Shown here in pieces: positions 49,347 to 62,200 of a stretch of 64,000 nucleotides of DNA. The stretch comes from Antedon mediterranea (lineage: Eukaryota > Animalia > Echinodermata): contig NC_092673.1 of assembly GCF_964355755.1 (NCBI RefSeq), positions 12,434,948-12,498,947 of the forward strand, read 5' to 3'. Numbering within the stretch: the stretch's first letter is position 1; every line of letters starts with the position of its first letter. A program made the translations under genes and the position numbers. The notes under the pieces were generated by a model. It did not search any database and had not been told where the DNA came from. It worked only from the letters and a program-made list of their open reading frames with translations.

Positions 49347-51181
49347 CAGGGCTCGCAGAATCGCATGCCCGACGTCCCGCGGCAACCAAACAAATACGTC
49401 GGGCAACTAAAATTTAACATGTCATGTCCCGACGGGCAACCTCTTAAAATCACCGAAAATGTCCACGATGTTTTACAGGGGTTGTGAAATACTTTAACAA
49501 TGAAAATAATAGTCGCGCGCGAACGAATTCTCTTGACGTCGAGACCAGTGTATGGATCGGAATTCGGTGGTATGGAACGTTATCTCCAGGAGCCAAAACA
49601 TGTGTTTCTATGCAGTCGGGCGCGCATATTAAGTCGTTGCGTATAATGTTTCCAGGTCTGTCAATTAGCACGCGGTCTCTCGCGGCATCCATTGATCGCG
49701 AAATAGGAAGCGTTGAACTCTTGTCTTTCAACTTATTTGAAGTTATACCAGGGAGTTTCTATAATAAGAATATATAAACCGAATAGAATAGAGACTAGTA
49801 TGTTTTTGTTTTTCTCAATTATCGACATCATTTTACGGTGGTAATAAAATCGGAATCTACTACTTTCTTAGTATTAAAATAATTATGTGGCCTACATACA
49901 GCCTAGATAGTAGATTAGGCCTATGTTTAATTACATTCATGTTATGTATTTTGTTTGTAATAAATAATTTGCTGAATTACTGTAATTATTGTTCAAATGT
50001 ATAGTTGTATTAAAAATACAGTATATTATTAAATTATAATAAATACGTAATTTTAATTGTCTGTGCCAAATAGGCACCGGGAGTTGGATTCGGCGGCCGA
50101 TGTTTTTAACACAGGCAAGTACCATTTTTAAAAATAAATATTACAGAATATAAATTTAATATGCCTAATAATTTATTTAATAAATACATTGAATACTTGA
50201 ATAGTTACAGTTTATTTTTATTATCAACATTGAAAATAATACACTTCTTCGGGTATCGCCGAGAGTTAAACTTTCAAAGAACTGTACTCCTTGGCGGAGC
50301 ACATGGTTTTCACCACAATTCGGCACAGCTAGTTCCCTTGTTTTCGATCACCAACTTGTGCGAGCAGATGGTTGTTTTCATCCAACCTGTGCGAGCTTCT
50401 ACTGTGTGCAAGCCACAAGCCCGCACTCTCCACACATGTGCTCCTACTACGTACGGCAGCTGCTGTGAGGGTTTTTGCTATACGCATGCGTATTGTTTCA
50501 CGTAGTCAGTTGATGTTTGTTTTTTTTTTTATTTTCTTCTCTTCAATGATTTCAACTACTGTAGGCTTCGGCAAGCTCATCACCTAAGTCATAAGTACTT
50601 TGTTTAAACTTTTTAGGCCTAGACCTGCATTTTAGATATAGTTATTAAATAATTGTAAGATAATTAGCGCCAGGTCTAGGCCACTACATTTTTAATATCG
50701 CAAAATAGCTTGATTTCGGAATGTCATTGCACACAATAGAAGCAAAACGTTTTTGCTCCCAAAGTAAACCCACGTGAATAATGCCGTGCAACGAAGCGTA
50801 ACCAACAGAAATAACATAGCATTTTCAGGGGATTTCAGGACACCATGTTAATTAAACAATCGTAACTCTTGAACGGAGGATCGTATGAGAAAAAAAATTA
50901 CTGTAAAATGTTCTTAAAAGATTGGCCTACATCACTGTGTAATTGAAAACAATTTGAAAAATTGTTTTTACTACTTAAAATCCATCGAAAAAAACACCAC
51001 AGTGTATTAAGCAAAGGCGTTTGTCACCGACGTTTTTTCGCGGTGCAGTCGCGGTAAAATTCTTGTAAAACGTTAAAATTAAGTTAAAATAGTGGGAAAG
51101 TAAAAAATGATGAGGGCAACCAAAATCCAAAACCTACTTGCCCGAAGGGCAACCAAATATTTTAGGATTCTGCGAGCCCTG
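49347..51181. mobile_element. hAT-like MITE with 5-bp TSD, inserted in the PIF1 remnant
   Basis: Perfect 16-bp TIR CAGGGCTCGCAGAATC; AATGG duplicated; removal restores GLTNGCMG; subterminal GGGCAAC motifs. Confidence 0.88.
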
Positions 51182-51577
51182 AATGGATGTATGGGACATG
51201 TGGAAGAAATAATTAAGCCCAGTCAAAACGCTAAACCAATATCAATTAATTCCCCCTCAAATTAGCATCTGCATGCACAGTTCATAAAGTGCAGGGAATG
51301 ACAATAAATAAAGCACTAGTTTGCCTAAAAATACTTTTGCGCTGATCCTAATTAAGACGGCACCTCATGGAAAACCAGTTATACAAGTAAGTTATAATAC
51401 CCGTTTTTAATATTGTATTAGGCCAATTTTGTATGCTCCTCTGGCATTGCAAATTATGGAGTCGACTATTTCCACAAGTTTTATTAATCAGTCATAGGCA
51501 TATAGCCTATAATTATTTAGCAATTGCTAGAGTACTTTAGGCCTTCCTGAATAAAAGTTCCGTTTTTCATTTTACAG

Positions 51578-52335
51578 ATGAAGGGAAAATTATCGGATGC
51601 AACGGAGATGTGCCTTCGCGATTTTAGGATCGTAATGCGAGAGTTAAAGGATAAGCTGTATACCAGGCTGAAGTCAATAACGGAAGACGAACTGTTCGTG
51701 GCAGTGGCAAGTTGCTGGACACGAAGTCCTACCGGTTCAATAGCACAGAAGAACTTGCACCATCCATAGCTATTGTCTACGACAGATTTCACGATGTTTT
51801 AGACGCCAATGAAGTAGATTTAGCGCTTGCCCAGTCGGAGTTCAAGTTAGTTCACAACCATGTGCTAACGTTCTTTAAATGCAATCAACCAGCAAACGTT
51901 TGGCCACAGCTTTTCGCGTTAAAAAATACACTGGGAATAAGGCACATCTCGAAGATTGCCGAGCTGTGCATCTCACTTCCGATTGGCAATGCAGTGACCG
52001 AACGCACATTTTCGTTCTTGTGGCGCATATTTTCGAAAGAACGTCAGTCACTCTCCAACGCAACTCTGAATGACATCCTGCGGCTACGTGTAGATGACAA
52101 CTTCGCGGATGAGCGGTACCAGCGCGCTATCGACCTTTTTTTGACTACTAACAGAGATGGTGTAATCAGAAAGAGAAAGAGACGACCTGATGGCTACCGT
52201 ACATCACAAAAGAAAAGGAGAACCGACGTCGCCGTTGATGACGAAACATTGTCATCCGAGTCGTCTTCCGAATCAAATACCAGTATTACATCCATATGGA
52301 TACATATTACAGAATTATTTTTAACATGTCATTAA
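51578..52335 (+). pseudogene. hAT transposase C-terminal fragment with hATC dimerisation domain
   Basis: KIAELCISLPIGNAVTERTFSFLWRIFSKERQSLSNATLNDILRL; frameshift near 51720. Confidence 0.75.
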
Positions 52336-52802
52336 AGTTTTATAACTTCTATAGAGCCATCGACAATCAGCCGGTTCAAGGCCTAAATGATGGACACATT
52401 GAACATTTCTGGAAAGCATGTAGCACAGGTTGTGAAAGATATAGAGGGAATATGGAGAGTGAGGCAGGAAAGAAGGGATATTCTCTAAAGATAATTAAGA
52501 CGTAACCTTTTTTTATTACTATTATATTATAATGGAAAAAGCTAGCTCAAGGTAAATCCAAAATACTGTAACAGTTTACGAACCACACTGTAGCCGGATA
52601 GAGCATAGAGCAAGCTATATTCGAATAAACGAAAACATGTCGCGCGAAAGGTACACTGGTATAGCTTTTTGTAAACAATGGATCGCGGACACCGGTGAAC
52701 AGTACTCTGCATGATGAACAATTCTTTCACAAATTCAAACATTTAAGAATATTTGATTTCTATATTACGCTCGCTGTTCAAAGAAAAGTATATTCTAGTG
52801 AA

Positions 52803-53275
52803 ATGACGCCCATGGAGTTGTCGTTTTTGCTATGGATATTTTTCTTCGGTAGAAGAAACAGGCCTAGGTCTACTAGTAATAGTAGTATCGTAGGTCGGAT
52901 AAGGAGTGCATCAAGAAGACGAATGCTACGTCAAGTTAATACCATGGGTGTAATGTATTCCAGATTTCTTAAAGACATGATTGCCATCACCTATATTCAA
53001 GCTGTTGGGGAAGATTTAATAAACCGTCCGATGAGAATGAGGCCACTGGTGGATTGTTAATGTTCTGGAACATTTTAGTAACACCCAGTGGAAAGAACAT
53101 TTTAGAATGACAAAGCCAACTTTTGATAGACTATGTCAAATGCTAGCCCCATATTTACCAAGAGAAAGGGAATATCGGTTGCTTACTGTAGAAAAATCGC
53201 GATTTGTATTAACTGCCTTTCTACAAACTGTGACCTTCAAACCATCGGAAATTTATTTGGAGTAGCCCCTTCAGC
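52803..53275 (+). pseudogene. Harbinger (HARBI1-like) transposase N-terminal fragment
   Basis: QWKEHFRMTKPTFDRLCQML and IAICINCLSTNCDLQTIGNLFGVA (HTH motif); frameshifted and truncated. Confidence 0.65.
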
Positions 53276-53780
53276 TAAAGAAAGAGAGAAGAAAGAAAAT
53301 TTCCCCTGGAAATACTTCGTCAGTTTTGAACAAAAAAAAACGTTCTTTTAATAAATTTAATTTTTAGTAAAATACAATAAAAATTAGTGCAGTAATTTTA
53401 CCTAGTATCACACAGTATTATTTATGTAGAATCCTAATACTTTTAAAGTATAAGTACAATTTATGAGGACCTAGCCAGCTCTATTTTTCAAGATTCAGCC
53501 CCAACCATGGCAAGCTGGTCCTGTAGACTTATAATTTTGTTTAGTATCAATGTAAAAGTGCAAATTATAGTAACCAAGCAGATTTATTTTTCAAAATAGC
53601 TCAGTTCCAGCCATGGTGGAATTGAGGTCCTGGTGAATCTTATATTGTGTTTCACTTCAAAAAATCATGTAAAGTGCCATTTCCAGGAGATAACAGTTCT
53701 ATTTTTCAAAAAATTACTGGGCCTGAGGTACAGTAGAGGCTCCGTTTCATATTTCAAGTTATTAATCAATAAAAAAAGTT

Positions 53781-54606
53781 CTAAAAGTTAAACATACAAT
53801 AACGGCAATACAAGATGGCAAGTAATGTTACCTTTGATGGCAACTTTAATGATGATGGCGAAGAATTCGTGTCTGTGATCAACACACGAGGAGGCACAGC
53901 AACTAAAATGGAATATGGAGATGTTTTTATGTTTGAGAATGGTGTAAGCCAGGGAAAGTATACCCATAAACCTCTTTTATGTACCATACAGGAAGCGAAG
54001 TTCATCAAAGGTTCAATGATGTTACACTGGAAAACCTCACTCGACGACACACATTACCAGTCTGGGTTATTCTTGAAAAAGAAAATTGCCGAGAGAATTG
54101 AGAAATCTGTGGAATCAGTTCCGTTTTCTTGCCTTCAATCACCAAGAGGCATCCAAGACAAATAGAAAAATGACATTTTGACCAACCTCTGCCAATTCAT
54201 ACCAGCAAATTCATTTTGGAAACGGTTGCCAGTAAATGATTTATCACTAGATAATCAATAATATTCACTGAAGATACATCAATTATGATATATTTAGAGG
54301 ACAATGTATATTTTTCAACAATTCTATTTGTCTCAATAATTTACATACAAATCCGAATTTAACCATTTTATGTGCTACAGTATTTTCCAGAGAAACTACG
54401 CTCATAATACCAAAGCAGATAGAAGTATGGGACATTTTGAGCTAAAATATCACTTTTTAGTCTTTTTACTATACCTAGAATAGTATATTAATTACCTATC
54501 TAATCACATATGCCTATATAAACACATTTCACTATTAAGAACGACTGGCACAAAAACATGTTTTGTTCATGTTGTCTTATACTTCCCTTTGCCTTTGAGG
54601 GGGAGG
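53781..54606 (+). mobile_element. 3' remnant of a DNA transposon, Sola1-like
   Basis: ..FIKGSMMLHWKTSL..PRGIQDK*KNDILTNLCQFIP..FWKRLPVN resembles Sola1-type transposase C-termini. Only one end is present. Confidence 0.4.
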
Positions 54607-55257
54607 GGGCTTGGCAGTATTGGCCGGGAACCTAGCAGCTCTATTTTTCAAAATGTTGCATAACATTCTCAAGCTGATAGGCTGTATAATAGCTAGTGCG
54701 TACTGTGTAGGGCGTATCTGATTGGTGGATTGCAGCCACCATCTTGTTGGTTCCCTCTCCATTAAGAATCATCACTTTTTGATCTGCAATAACATTGGAG
54801 TTTGCAATCTATAGCCTTTGGCTATAAAATCTTTGGTAATCACACAGAGCCATAATTTTAAAAAGTTATTATCTAACAATATATTGTCTAATCATAACTT
54901 TGGCAAACATTGGGCCCTGTTTCTGCTGCCAAGAAAATACCGTATTTAATACGGTATTTTTTTGTGCGGCCAACTAAAAGGTAATAAAAGGGACAACCAC
55001 ATTATTATAAAGACAGTTCTAAAAAAATAAAGCAGGAGTACGGAATAGACTTGTCTTAAAAGCAAGTAAAATCAAAGCTGAAGAGCCTACGAAAGCAGTA
55101 CAACATTGCAATGGAGAATAACTCGAGGAACGAATTACTTGTCCCCATTACGATATTTTCTGTGTTAGGAACATATTTACTGAAAACACGTCCACATATT
55201 TAACCTTTGACACTATAGTCTTTTTATATTCGGACGTGTTTTTAGACTCCAAATATA

Positions 55258-55479
55258 ACTAGACATGAAACTCGTCACTTTGACGAGTTAGTTATCCGCT
55301 CGACAAACGCCACGTGCACGTCATACGTTAGAATATTGCACACAGAAAAATATTAAGGCATTATGACCTGAACTGAAGAATATGATATGTTGTTATTTCT
55401 GAATTCTAACGTATGACGTGCACGTGGCGTTTGTCGAGCGGATAACTAACTCGTCAAAGTGACGAGTTTCATGTCTAGT
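55258..55479. repeat. Perfect 77-bp inverted repeat with a 68-bp spacer; third diverged arm at ~55676-55735
   Basis: 55258-55334 is the exact reverse complement of 55403-55479. Each arm starts ACTAGA and contains the mini-hairpin AACTCGTCA-ctt-TGACGAGTT. Confidence 0.9.
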
Positions 55480-56124
55480 ACTTCTTTCTGTCATTTTTGT
55501 GCGTCGCGTTTTTCTAAAACGTGTAAACAGAACATATCGTAACTTTGTCAACATATCGACATTTACGTGAACTTGTGCACCTCCTATTTTTGAATGACGT
55601 CAGAGTTGCGCAACGTGACTTACGTGCGATTTTATGAATTTCAATGACAGAAAGAAAGAAGTATAATACAGAAAAACTAGACTTGAACTCGTCACTTTGA
55701 CGAGTTCGGGTTATCCGCGCAAACGTAACGTGCACACACTTTAAACTATATGAACCTCGACAATTATTATGCCATCCTATGACATGAAATAAATATGTTT
55801 ACAGTGCTGAATTGTACCTATTTTGTTGCATACATCATAATAATTACAGTATTTACAAATTACACTGTATATGTTATATACAGTGTAGCATAGACGGAAT
55901 TACGAGACTCATCTTTTAAATCCAATTATTAACACGATGACATCATCAAATTGACATATAAAAATAACAATTTAGAAGATAGTTATCTAATTAATTACAT
56001 TAATACAAATTTGAAGAATTTTGGGCACGTAAAAGTGAGATCCGCTCTCGTTTAAACGCAATGAACTTTTAAGCAAGAGATAAAAATATGACTTTTTGAA
56101 TTCAACTGGCCATAATATGTTGAC

Positions 56125-56850
56125 GTAGTTAGTTTAGTGGTAAGGGCTTTAACGTTGGAGGTCTGTGAAGGAAATGCGTTTTTTTTTAAATAGTTGAGAG
56201 AGATTATTTAGAGGGTTGGGTTTGTATATTTAGGGAGTAATTTTTTATAACATAAAATAATTAAAGTAATAATCTCATTGTAAATTGTCAACAGACACTG
56301 TGCTGCAGGACAGTGTACGGTGTTAAAAGTAGGTCATACAACATTTCTGCAGACAGGAACGTGTATAACTTGCTATAGTTTTATAAATCCAAAGGCAAAT
56401 TACTGAAAAAAATGACAATGCTCTGGGTTTCAGAGGCTGGATGTCAATGGAGATACAAAAAAAAAGCGAAATGCTAAATCAAAACGATAAAGTAAAACAA
56501 CCAGAAAAGTTAGCAGAGCTTTCGGGCAACACTTGCTATAGTTTTATAGATAGGTATCTCTTGATAGTAGCAGAATCGGATAACTCTATATAGCGCCCTC
56601 TATAATGTATGTTAAAAGTACATCATTTCTGCAGACAGGAACGTGTAACTTGCTATAGTTGTATAAATCCAAAGGCAAATTACTGATAATATGACAATGC
56701 TGTGGGTATCAGTGGCTGGAGATACAAAAAAAAAGCGAAAAACCTGTTGACAGTAGCATAATCGGGTGCCTAACTCTAAATATTCTCTCTTAACTATTAT
56801 TTTTAAAAAAACGCATGTCTGCGAGCCCTTACCACTAGACCAAACATTTC
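56125..56850. mobile_element. Old MITE-like element with degenerate long TIRs and an internal ~280-bp-spaced duplication
   Basis: TTTAGTGGTAAGGGCT / AGCCCTTACCACTAGA and ATGCGTTTTT..TTTAGAG / CTCTAAA..AAAACGCAT; CATTTCTGCAGACAGGAACGTGTA repeated at ~56342 and ~56624. Confidence 0.5.
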
Positions 56851-57267
56851 GGTTGACAAATAGTGTTTTAACAAGATATTTACAGAGGCATATATATATA
56901 AAGAGTTACGACATTGAAGATTAGAAGCCATTTTTGTGTCGAAGAATTCTCACGCTGTGGGCGCGCGGATTTATTTTGTATGAGAGCCATAATGTAAAGA
57001 GTTACGACATATTGAAGATTAGAAGCTATTTTTGTCAAAGAGGGCGCGCGCGTCTAATTTGTATAGTGTTTTCCTGTAGTTCATGCTTTATTTTTAGATT
57101 TTGTTGTCTATGAAATAATGATTAGATTCCGTTTTTATTTTAATAATTAATTTTAATAATGGTATTGATTTGGTTCCATATATATATATATTTTATAATA
57201 AAAAAAAAATGCTAGGGCCTACGTGCAAGTTAGGACACATCAAAGCATGAACCAATACAAAAATCAT

Positions 57268-57622
57268 ATGAGTGAGTCATATGGATGAGCGGTTAAGGCA
57301 GGGGCGCCGTTTACCGTACCTAAAGAGCCAACAGCAACATCGGCAAGGGTTCGAGGCCGACTCGCTCCTAGTTCTGGTGGTGGAACAAGTCTTCTCGGAT
57401 AAGGACTATAAACCGTAGGTCCAGTGTACACATTTATAACCTGTGTGTACTTTAAAGAACCCAGTTCATTATTCTAAAAAGAGTAGGGGGTTACCCCGGT
57501 GAACTGGTTCACACAATAGCCCCTGTATCAGGGGGATTACCACCTATCTGATAGGACAGTGATTAATTCACTATTGGTAATCCTTGGCCACATTGCCTAT
57601 AGACATAAAATAAATAAATAAA
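57268..57622 (+). mobile_element. tRNA-derived SINE, second copy
   Basis: Highly similar to the reverse complement of 27873-28226; (TAAA)n tail. Confidence 0.85.
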
Positions 57623-59216
57623 ATTACACACATTCACCCCTCTTTTTGTGTTTTTGACACAAACTGCGCCGTCAACATTATTACAATTCAGAGACTCGTT
57701 CATCATTTTATTTGTAATAATTTGCCTTTATTATTTCAATATTGTTCATACCCTTTTCAGCATATTGACAAATATATCCGTGACACCATATTATTGTAAT
57801 TAGTCATCAAAGCATGCATATACTGCATGTATATGGCTCTGGATATTTACTCTGAATACACTGTATATATTATATACATGCAGCATAGAAGAAATTACGA
57901 GACCCATATGGTATGATGAAGGTAACAAATATAGAAGGTAATTATCTAAATAATAACATTCATAAAATATGGACGGTTTTTGGGTATGTAAAAGTGAGAT
58001 GAGTGGTCTTTTAAACGCGATAAATATTATTATATCAACTGACCATATGATGACGTGTCTACAGCTAATATACAACATGAATAATACTGTATTTACAATT
58101 TAACAGCTTCTAAATAATAAGTTTAAATCACGTGGGTAAATTTTCATTTCGAGGATTTATAATATATTGAAATATACGTCACCTGGAAAATGTTAGTCTG
58201 TCTTATTATTAGCAGCTATTGGAAAATAAGATAAAGGCCTTATATTTGACAAGTTCGTTAGACAAGTGTGTCGCCAATGCGATAAGAGGGAGAGAAATGT
58301 ACTCTGAATTTCCTAATTGATTATAACAATAATTCTAAATCGTGAGAATTTGAAAAAGTTTTTCAACCGAGAATCGATTCTACAAACTTCTGTTTTGATA
58401 AAGCAGACGCTCTGATCATTAGCTCAATGTGTTTTTATGTTATTGTTCGACAACAATTTGGTGTCATTGATTATTATTAACAATTCACGTAATTGTAAAA
58501 AAAAATTGCATTGAGTGGACTTAGCGTCATGACATATAGGATATGAGCTGTTATGGCCTATATTATTTGTACGGCTGGCGAAACGTTAATTCAGCCTCAT
58601 CTAATGGTTGTGATTGATATAATATTTTCTAGATGGCCATAATTAAAATGAAGAAATGGCTATTTTTATGTCAAAGTCTTTGCATAACCTAGGTCACTTA
58701 TTTTCATCTTATGTAATGTAATTTTAATGGGAATATAAAAGATATTGAGTTCTAAGAATTCGGTTATGTTAGCTGCTATTATTATTTTATGAAATCATAT
58801 GTTGCTGATAGAAATAAAAGGACGGACATTTATGGGAAAGCGGTTGGAATTTGAAGGTTTGCATTGATTTGATGGTGTCATTGATAATGTTGGTGAACTT
58901 TGTAATATATAGGCCTACTTTTGCAATTGTAGTAGGACTAGGATCTGTGACTGATAATGGACTCCTGAACTTTTTTATCCTATGTTATTTTTCTCTAAGT
59001 AAATAGTGCCCTTATAATTGACAAGTTCGTCTGATAAGTTTGGCCCCACCTAGATTGAGATAATAGGAATAGCGTGTTGAAAGTTTAGGACAAATTAATT
59101 TTGAAATTCAAAATGGGCGTTCGCTTGTAATTGTTTGTGAAATGTATAGTAAGGTGTATACCGTATATACAGCATTTCATGGAATTATGGTACCCACTTG
59201 TATTACAATATACTAA

Positions 59217-62200
59217 TAGTCCAGTCAATCTAGCAAATATAAGGGGGTGACCTACCACTAATTGCAAAAGAATTTATTTCACTGCAGTGCATTTCAGCAT
59301 GGCTCCCTAATCAACATACTAAAAGTCCCCAAAAATCTAAGCATGGGAAATTTGCTAATTTGCATAATATGCAAATTAGCTTCCGCCATTAGAAAAAAAT
59401 CAAAATATTGCCATAACTTTGGATTGGACTGTCCAATTGAAACAAATTAAGTGTTCAAAGGTATGTTGTCATGGTCAGTGAACAAGATAAACATACTTTT
59501 GTATTAATTATTTGATTCTAATTTGCATAATATGCAAATTAGTTATTGAAATTGTGTAAAACAGATCAGAATTATGCTAAAACTTTAGTTTGGATGGTCT
59601 GATTTAAACAATTAAATGTTCAGAAGTATTAATGACCAATTACCATGATAGCCATACTTTTATTTCAATTCAGTATAATGCATATAATTTACATAATATG
59701 CAAATTAGCTCATAAATAGAAGTACCTTTATTCTGGGTATAAACATTAGACTGGAAGCACCTAACTAAATAAGCAAGTACCGGTAAGGTTTTGGCAGAAA
59801 ATATAAATGAACTAGAAGTCATATATCAGAAAGTCAGCAAAAGTATTCATAATATATAAACAAGACAGTCATACCCTTAATCAAATTACAGTTTATGAAT
59901 ATTTACAAAATATGCAAATTACCAATAGACTGGATACACAAATACACAACAAACAAGTGGGGTTTTCCTGAATACATGAACCATATAAAAAAGTCATCAC
60001 ATCTATGTGTGAATATTGTACATCATGAATTTCAGGTTTTACCATACACTGCATCCAGATTGTTAGGAATCAGTTATATAAATCATTTTGGAACATTTCA
60101 TAGAATGGGACTCATTGCCACTTTTACACCAGAAAAATGTCTACATAAACCTGTACCTAGAATGTCAGTTACAACATCATCAAAGTAGGCAGGATTAACA
60201 TCAAAACTTTCAAATCCCAGCACACAGGACTTCAATCAATGGAAGTGTATGATTCAACGTATCATGTTGATCTTCTGTGGGACGTGGTATTTGCTCTTCA
60301 CCCCAAAATGCCTGGGTGGTCAGGTCTAATGCAGGCCGTAAATCATGGTAATTATCCTGGAAAATCATTGATGCGATTCCTGCTCATGATAGATTTAAAT
60401 CCATCTGACATGTCATGTATCTTCTCCACACTCTCGTATGTTTGTGAACAAGCTAAGGCATACAATGTCACACACGTTATTACATTTGATCAACCACTTT
60501 GGTGGAAAGCCATGATGATCATCGAATCAGAGCCAGATTGCAGTTATCTGAAGTCTATTGTCCTGAGACTAGAGGGCTTACATATGGAAATGAGCTTCTT
60601 GGGCTGCATTGGTTATATTATGGCAGGAAGTGGTCTACAAGTGATCCTTGAAGTAGCATATGCAGGAAATGCCGTCAAGCATATGCTGAGTGGAAAAGCA
60701 ATCTCCAGAGCAGTCCGAGGACATCTCTTGGTTGATGCTGCCTTACATACCATATTACTAGCTAATGCATATAATCTTCCTATATCCCCTTTTCAACCTG
60801 ATCAACTACAACACAATCGAGACACGGAAACAACCTGTGAGAACGATCAAACAACAGAACATTCAGAAGAAATGGAAATAGAAGTTGATGCTGACATTAT
60901 TCCAAACACACGGCCAGATCAAGGTTTGCTCGAAGCCAGTAAGATTTTGGATAATCTAATAAATGATCCCGACGCTCATATTGACCTTTCCTCTTCAGAT
61001 GTCCTTACAAGAATTACTCATAGATTGAAAGACGAGCGGAACTTACTTAGTGATAAAAGGAATGCCCAACTCTGGTTGCAATATTTGGACATGGTTGCTG
61101 TTTTTAAAAAATTCATAAAAGCTGAACGTGGGAATTGGACTTTACATCTTTCAGCAGTAAAGGATATGTTACCTTTTTCTGCTGCGGCTGGGCATAACCT
61201 GTACACAAAATCTGCGTATCTGTACTTGCAAAAAATGTACCAACTCGAAAAGACTCACCCCAATGTCTACACCAACTTCATAAATGGTTTTCATGTGATT
61301 AGAAGAAGTGATCGGTACTGGGCAGGACTATCTACCGATCTTATTATTGAGCAAGTCCTAATGAGAAGTGTCAAAACAAGTGGTGGGTTAATGAGAGGTA
61401 GAGGCATGACAGAAGTTCATCGGTTGACCTGGGTACTGGGAATGCCTTCTTGTGCCGAGGTAAACTTTGCAATGCAAGAGCTCACCAGTGTTAACTACAA
61501 CACTAGGGAGCAACACAAAGACACATCACAATCTCGTCAAAAAAGAGACCCAGAAGATACTTAAAACTAATCGAAGCATTCAAGGAGTGGGATCCATTTG
61601 GTAGTGAGTCATCACTGCGTAGCATAGTAAGTGGTGTTGCTGCTACTGACAATGTAAATGTTGACCAGGCAAGGTATGTGGGCCAGCGTATACTTGAATC
61701 GATGGTTGGAAAGAACATTGATGAGTTCTCTTTCCAAAGAAAAAAAACAAGCAGTCACACTTGGATCCAAAACAGCTGTTGTCATTTGCGGAGATCCAGT
61801 CCAAGTTGATCCACAATTACTCTTTCAGCGATTAAGTGTTATCGCAACACGTGAAGAGGTGGGAGATCCCGCAAATTTATTTAAATATGAATTTTGCAGT
61901 CATCCAACTGCATTATTCGATAATGTTGGGCTTCCAAGGGAGGCAAATAAGGCGACACTAGCCGATGCCCTTTGGGAGATTGTAAAGCAGGATCAGACAG
62001 ACCCCCCCCCCCCCCTTAATGATCCACATTATGTGCTTGATTGTGGTGCCCTCTTGCAACGTTTATCATGGTCAAGAGGTCAAACATTTGACACTATTTG
62101 TCATAAATATGTATCATGTGACAAGTCGGTATGGAATTCCAACTATTGTATTTGATGGTTATGAAGATGGACCTGCAATCAAAGATGCTACACACTGCAG

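Larger units (their letters stand above)
45040..51340 (+). pseudogene. PIF1-family helicase remnant (Helitron/Helentron type) in three pieces: ~45040-45275, 49161-49346, 51187-51340
   Basis: [31 protein letters not shown]; [16 protein letters not shown]; VMLIKNVDIKKGLTNG-CMGHV; [18 protein letters not shown]. These are PIF1 motifs in the correct order. Confidence 0.8.

Noticed and set aside
57268-57370. tRNA-like sequence with A and B boxes
   Set aside because: It is the head of a ~355-bp SINE with an A-rich tail and a second copy, and it lacks a canonical cloverleaf. It is not a tRNA gene.
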